From positions 1-44,344 of the forward strand of contig JAQGDQ010000938.1 of assembly GCA_030141605.1 (NCBI GenBank): a stretch of DNA of 44,344 nucleotides, in the 5' to 3' direction. Below, piece after piece: positions 37,629-44,344 of this stretch (positions are counted from its first letter, which is position 1; every line of letters starts with the position of its first letter). This DNA comes from Tubiluchus corallicola (lineage: Eukaryota; Animalia; Priapulida). The position numbers and the translations under genes are program-made. Under the pieces are notes generated by a model, which saw only the letters and a program-made list of their open reading frames with translations, was not told the origin of the DNA and ran no database searches.

Positions 37629-38955
37629 GTAAGACATTTATTTCGAAATTTATCTCAAGATTTAAGACACGGTGGCATTTTACTCTAGTAAACTCTTGCA
37701 AGAACTTAATTTAATATTCTCAAACTCTTTTCAGTCTCAAAGTTCATCTAAGCAGTAAATATTGTAAGCTTGGAACTGAATGAAAGTGCTGTCTCTTCCA
37801 TCATTGCTTTTCTTGCTTATATTTAATAGCTGTTGTAAACGCAGAAGAGGGTTAGACAATAAATTCTGCTTTAATGGCTCCATCTACGCCATTACGTAGT
37901 CAGCTCACTGACTCTCGCTTTGTAGGCATGCTGTTGTTGGTCGTTTGCGCCACGAAGCATTTCCAATTTATCACAGTTTTATGCGAGAAACGAAATTGCT
38001 TGTTGGCAAACTCGCTTCGTATTTGCTCGGCGGATTGTGCCCGAAGTGCCACTGACAAAAATGTCGACTATTTGATCCGAGTCTGAAAAATGGCTGCAAA
38101 TTGAGTTACAGAAGTTATGATATTGTTCTCGGCAGTGATAGTGGGATGGTCAAACGAACATTATGCATCTCTCCAAAGGACAAGTCTGATTGAAAGTGTA
38201 TTTGATGAACATGTAAACTGATATACAGTTAACTCGCTCGGCTAAGCCAATTTTCATTTTTCTGGATTTAGTCTAAATTAACAGGGCCAGAGTACCAACT
38301 CAGAAATTCAGAAATAATAACGCCCTGTGCTTCTAGGCCCTGCTTTCTTTTCCCTTATTCAACTCTTCCACATTTTATTTTTTTTATTTTATTTATTAAA
38401 TATATCCACAACGATCATTACAGCATTGTACATAAAAGTATTAAATAACATATTTATTATTATGTACACAAGATGTCAAGCCGCAAATGACCCGTGGGGT
38501 CAAGAAGTAATTACTTGTTTAGAGCACCCTGCTAAGAGCACAGATCCATTTGAATCTGTCTCGCGCTTTGAACAGCAGCTGATATTGCGATAAGGAAGAT
38601 TTAAAATAATGAAAAAAGTACAGCAGATATGTTGGGAAAAAGTAAGAAATGGCAGTTTTCCTTTCAATTAGTGCATTACAACACAGGTGTTAAATACGGG
38701 GGGGGGAGCGATGAAACAAGGTGTGGCCGTAAAAAACACTTGGCCAAAAGACTGTGAACTGATAGTCGCGTGTGTTTGGACATTCTTATAGATCACATAC
38801 AGACATGCAGTAGTTTAGTCGATAGCGCAAGAAACCCTTCAGGTATATGTGGCAGGTGCATTATTTTGTTTTCACTCGGATCCTGACAAGTTCGATATTT
38901 TCGTTTGCTGATATTTCTATTGAAATTTCCACGTAAGCATGCAAGCTCATTGATT

Positions 38956-40530
38956 GAGCGTCAAAGTTAAAATTGAAAGTTAAGCCTTAGATTTTTGCAA
39001 AAATTGACTCTGCGTGGCGCTATTGTTGATGCTGATTCGTTCGTGTAAGTGTGTTATGGAGCTAGGGAACTAATCCCGCCAACGTTATCTTGTGAGTTTC
39101 AGGCGCTATTTTTAAATCAGGATTGCCATTAAGTTCACCTAAAAATACTGCTAATTCCAATAAGATTATTCTCCGGTGACGAAAAAGAGCAACAAAGAAA
39201 GGTGTTCAAATAAAAGGAAAAATTGGATATTATTAATTCGACACTGCTAGTGATGGTTATTACCGCTAAATCTACCCATCTTGCTTTGTCAGAATGTTCT
39301 GACAAATCTTCCTGTTTTTGTGCACGTATACGGGAATATCTAACTCGCTTTGTGCATGTCAGTACGTATCAGGATAGGTGCATGCAAGTGTCACGTTAAG
39401 TATGTGGTTATTTGGGACAGTCTGGACATATCTGTGCTTGACTAGACATGGTGAGACAGACCTGTGCTTGACTAGACATGGTGGGACAGACCTGTGCTTG
39501 ACTGGTCGTAACAGGTCAAATTTGATCAAGAAATAACAGCACAGATCTGTGAATGAATGAGGACGTATTTAGGAAAATCTGGGTATGAACTGAAAGTTAC
39601 TGACTGGACAGTGGACATATGAGAAGCATTCAGCTAAGAACATGTCTCCTAGCCAGGTTTAGTCGAAGATCTGTGCATATCTTGGTGTTTACCAGGAAAA
39701 ATGTGTGTTGATGTCTGGATATACTTCTGAGTCCCATGAGTGTCAAAATGTTTTGGACACAATTTGTAACTTATCAGCAACGGGCGAGTTCACTGGACGT
39801 ATTTGAAAATGTGTGCAAGTCTTGTCTGGACAAACCTATCATGCCAAACTGAGTCTGCCTGAACGCTTATATGTCTGATATTTTATGTCTGCTGTCTGCT
39901 GAGCATGTCTAGTCTGTATATAACTTTCAGTGCCTAGTGGCGTACTTGAACAAATCTATGTACGTCTGGATGCCTTTCGTTAAAATCTGTGTGCGTTTGG
40001 AGGTGTCTAGACAAATTTACCCATGCCTAAACAGTTCTATGAATGTCAGCTGGAGAATTGGATTCATATAAGTTTGACTGGACTCATCTAGGTCTGTGTT
40101 GACAGATAAGTACATGTCTCAACTTGTCTGGGAAAAAGTTGTCAACTAAAAGTTTCACAGAGGAACAATTTCAAGAAAAAACTGGATGGTTATATATCAG
40201 CGTACGTGGCCACATAAAAACATTTCTGTCCAAACGTGTAGACACTTCAAGACTTAATAGCTTTAGTGGTAATGACCTCCGCTTAGAGTTTCAATTTTTC
40301 AAACTTCTGTTTGTATTCTAACTGGAACTCATAGTGATTGTGCGTGTCTGAATCTGACGATAGTGGTGATTTAGAAATAGCGCCCATGAGTACCGAGAGA
40401 ACGGTGATAGAATTAGTTCCCATACTCCACAACACACATATAATAGCGAATCAGAGTTGACAGTGGTGCCAACCACAATTACCTTTTACAAAAATCTAGG
40501 GTTTACCTTTCCATTTTAACTTGGACGCTC
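38956..40530. repeat. Diverged ~175-bp inverted repeat pair enclosing a degenerate minisatellite-like interior
   Basis: 38956-~39130 is reverse-complementary to ~40360-40530; the interior has recurring TCTGGACA/CTAGACA motifs and a 30-bp tandem at ~39433-39505. Confidence 0.75.
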
Positions 40531-40595
40531 TGCGACTTGCCAGAAAAATATAGTATCGTTTTTTTTCGTTTCTCAACAAAGATTCTTTCTTTCAG

Positions 40596-40732
40596 GTTAT
40601 GGGTCTAACGTTTCTAGCCGCAGGAACCTCAATTCCTGACTTGATTACAAGCGTGATTGTGGCTAGGAAAGGTCTCGGAGATATGGCCGTATCCAGCTCT
40701 GTCGGCAGCAATATATTTGACGTTACCGTAGG
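40596..40732 (+). CDS. SLC24A2: NCKX/SLC24 alpha-2 repeat exon ([46 protein letters not shown]); absent from ORF track
   Basis: TTTCAG| acceptor, GG|GTGAGT donor, 137 nt phase 0-2; canonical alpha-2 signature GTSIPD...GSNIFD. Confidence 0.98.
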
Positions 40733-41589
40733 GTGAGTACTCAGGATTTCTTATGAAAAGAATTTAAAAAAGCACGGGGTCTATTTACACTAATTGGCTG
40801 TGTAGTCACAGAAAACACTGTAAACAGAGGTTAATACCACTGAATGCTTTATTAACATAATCAGTATGTCCAATATAACATAAATGTCCAACAGCTCCCA
40901 TAAAGTGGATTAACCTGACTGTTCAGAGCACAGGTGTGTAATAACAGACAGGTGACTAGCAGGTAACAAACAGAAAAACTGGCCAAAACCAAAAGCTTTA
41001 TATTCCCGTCACAGATGGCGCCTCGTGCACGATAAGTAAGGTTAACAAAAAAAGCTAAGTCTGCTACAGGCTGGTTATAGTTGGTCAAGTTTGTTCTCAG
41101 AAAAGTTTGAAGTATTAGCCTCAGTACAGGTATCAGTGGTTCGCATATTTCTCAAAGTTAGTTGGCCAGCAAGTGACTATTATCGGGTGAACAGCCTTGG
41201 AATTTTGACCCCTTACGTCAAGCACTACAGAATGGTATCCATAAACCTGAGTGTTTCTTTTTCTTTCAATCTTTTAACTTGGATTCTGACACCTTGCTTA
41301 GACGAGAGAAATAAATTGTGATTAGCGAAATGACCTTTGATCATGTGCTCCCAGGATATCACGTATAAAGCAGTCGTTTTAACAGAACCAGTGCTTTTAG
41401 CTTTTAACAAAAACCTTATGCACGTAATGACCCTTTACTTGTTCAAATGCCTCGATTGTTTTTCAAAAACAAACAAAAAACATACAGATTATAAATCATA
41501 GTCAGTTTTGGATAATTCACGGCAACAAGTGATGGAAAATAAAGATATACAGATATAATTAAACCAGGGACTTATGAATGTTTATCATT

Positions 41590-41710
41590 GCTTTTGTATA
41601 TATATATATAAGTATATGTATATAAAATATATACAAATATATTTGCAAAATGTATATATCCAAAGTATATACAAAAATATGTATGTATGTATATATATAT
41701 ATACAAATAC
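41590..41710. repeat. (AT)-rich low-complexity tract
   Basis: Directly visible. Confidence 0.85.
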
Positions 41711-42793
41711 AAAAGCAGTGATAAACATTCACAAGTCGCTGGTTTAATTGTAGCTATGCTGAAAAATCGACAACTTGAGAGTTCCCTCCTCATTACGGCT
41801 TCATTGCTCATGAATCAATAATAATTATTCTACTAGTTACTAAGTCTAGCTTAATCTGTCGAGCAAGCTGTAGGCAATTACTCTCAACATGCCGTGGTAT
41901 ACGTACATAACCCGATCAAACCAATCAACAGAATATCTAGGTTATGCCTAGTTGGCGAAGTGCGTAATGAAGTTCATTAATGGTGCAGCAGACGTGCATT
42001 GTCCTTGTATGGCTGCACCAAGTGTTTTCGTTCGGCAAGTGCATCTGGTATTGTAGGCCGCCGCATAACCAATGTAGACATCTTAGTCAGTGACCTCTGA
42101 ACTTTGGTTTTTGCCACATAAAAATTTCTTATTTCTACTTGCTCCAACAACTTTCCTTATAGGTTCCCAAAAGTTAGTATACTTGCGAAAAGAAACGCTG
42201 AATTATATTAGCTAAGTGAAGGAAGAGGTCATTTGAAGGTCACATGGAGCAAACTCAATTTTTGTACTAGCACTGACGCTGGGTTTCGTGCCGCATATGC
42301 TTTGATTTTTACAGGCGCGTTCATGATAATTGTTTTCAAAATTATAAAGATTGCTAAAGCAATTTGCACTGCAATAACTTTAAATAACTTTGCTTTTATG
42401 AGAGTACAGTAAACAATTCTAGAGCACAAAACATGCCGGTTATACCATTTTCAAAAAATATTTAACCATCTAATGATTTTAAACTTTAAAGGAAGATGTA
42501 GTATCGGATGTAGTTAGATTTTCGTCACATGAATCTTGATGTCTATTCATTTATTATCCATTATTTATCTATAGTGGATGGAGTTTTAGTAAAAGCTGTA
42601 TCTTGCAGCAAAAAGTGATCATTTTGAAAAGTGGTCCTTTAAAAGGTCAATTTAAAAAACGATTAAAATGGCAAGAACAAAAGTGCAGCACACCAGTCCT
42701 GGCCTGACAAATATCAGTTGACAGAAATGGATATGCTGCAGTGAACGTATAACCTTAGATAAAAATTAACAATCCGTTTTCTTTTTGTTACAG

Positions 42794-43034
42794 CCTTCCA
42801 TTTCCTTGGTTACTGTACAGCGTGATCAATCAGAATTCACCAGTAAAAGTCGACAGTCAGGGGTTATTTTGCTCGATTGTGCTACTTTTTGGAATGCTAA
42901 TGTTTGTGATATTCAGTATTGCTCTGTTCCACTGGCGTATGTCCCGGTACCTGGGTGGTGTCATGTTCCTACTGTACCTTGTTTTTGTAGCAGTCAGTTT
43001 ACTGCTAGAGTATGAAAAAATTCCATGCATATGA
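42794..43034 (+). CDS. SLC24A2: NCKX/SLC24 terminal coding exon (LPFPWLLYSVIN...GLFCSIVLLFGML...EKIPCI*)
   Basis: TTACAG| acceptor, phase 2 start completes Gly; GLFCSIVLLFxML motif and C-terminal TM helices; TGA ends at 43034. Confidence 0.96.
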
Positions 43035-44063
43035 ATTGGCACCAGCTCAACAGTGAAGAAACTCTAATACTTATCTTACTTGACTTAAGACAGATTTCTG
43101 TTATAAGGAAACCCTGCCGTAACGCACAACGGATGTGGAAGACTTTTCAGCCTTATAACTGCAAAATCTTAGCAAATCTTAATGTGACGAGGTGCCTAAT
43201 ATATTACCAATAAGTTAATTTATGACACGTGGGGCATGGGCATGTCAAGTTATGTTAGAAGCTCATTGCACAAATACTGTGATTATATTAAAAAAAATTA
43301 AAAACCAAAAATATACACTCTATACTATATATTATAGGCCCTACACATGGATAGTAAGTTAACCCATGTGTCAGTTTGGCAATACTAAAGTGCGAAATCC
43401 GAAGACATTGCAACCATGAAATGTAAGAAATTTTATGTAAGATGGTTAATATCGGTCTACATAGGTGGCGGTACTTGCACGTAGGATTGAGTGAATGCTA
43501 ACTTTTGTACATATGCGTGTAAATTAAGTGAAGTAATACTCTAGTTATTTAACACGGTTTTATGTAAATAATGGCTATAATAGACTTAATGGTTATTGTA
43601 CGTGTAACGTCTTAATTGTTTATACTGGCTTTAACTACAAATGAACGAAATGCAGAACTCATTGTAAAATACGAGAGAAATTGTTTATGAGCTGATCATT
43701 GTTTGTAAGCAAAATGGAACGTATATAGATGAAGGAACTTTAAATAGGTATTAGAAAACATAATATAATTATAATAGGTTTATGGTTTTGATGTTGTCTA
43801 TGTGTCTATAAGGGCAATTATTATATTATATATACATTTAAAGTGTAGGCTATAATAGCAAAGTGGAATGGAAGGTTGGAGTAATCCAGGAAAGACTACC
43901 TGACAGTTTTATTTGTTACTATTGTTCGATATATTGATTTGTTATAATTTATATTCTTGTTACGAGAGGCAGAGTTGAATTAGGTATTCAGGGACAAACG
44001 AGTAAAAAATAACAATGTAACAGCACTGCGTACTGAGGCTTTTATATTGACTTATTAACGTAA

Positions 44064-44069
44064 AATAAA
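44064..44069 (+). promoter_or_regulatory. Possible polyadenylation signal (AATAAA) of the NCKX 3' UTR
   Basis: AATAAA about 1 kb after the stop codon; weak evidence in AT-rich DNA. Confidence 0.3.
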
Positions 44070-44344
44070 TGTCTGTACAGCATAATAATTAGCAAACATA
44101 CTCATACTCAATGGATGATGGGATGTTGAACACCCAGTTGTACTTGTAACATAAGCATAACAAATACCTACATGTAACAATACTCCTATTTAAATGCATA
44201 ATATGGCTAACAGATTACACTGCGCAAGACCAACAAAGCATTTGAGAATTTAAAATGTTGATGACTAGATAGAAAGATGGTAATATTTATGTTCTCTAAC
44301 CAAGGTAGAATCGTCTTCAGATTAAAAAGTACTGGTAAAAGATG

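Noticed and set aside
42486-42642. Short TTAA|AGG...CCT|TTAA MITE
   Set aside because: The inverted match extends only about 4 bp beyond TTAA, too little to call.

Overview
AT-rich, repeat-dense eukaryotic (animal, probably invertebrate) genomic DNA; not prokaryotic. The + strand carries the 3' half of a K+-dependent Na+/Ca2+ exchanger gene (SLC24/NCKX, NCKX1/2 / Nckx30C-like). Six phase-compatible coding exons (9723-9917, 25447-25643, 35621-35746, 37509-37628, 40596-40732, 42794-43034) encode the cytosolic loop, the alpha-2 repeat and the C-terminal TM segments; the 5' exons appear to lie upstream of the window. The large introns hold TTAA-flanked Kolobok/T2-type MITEs (two families), Tc1/mariner-, piggyBac- and hAT-like MITEs, 5'-truncated LINE 3' ends, a 5S-rRNA-headed SINE with an 8-bp TSD, and several mini/microsatellites. 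Most ORF-track entries are repeat artefacts. The most notable observation is a candidate 27-nt in-frame microexon (11114-11140) with a neural-microexon-type (UGC) acceptor, bracketed by two inverted copies of the same ~450-bp MITE that could loop it out as dsRNA. Also notable are a possible antisense TATA promoter/first exon near 3300-3435 and a tandemly amplified Pol III B-box array. All calls were made by eye, without database searches.
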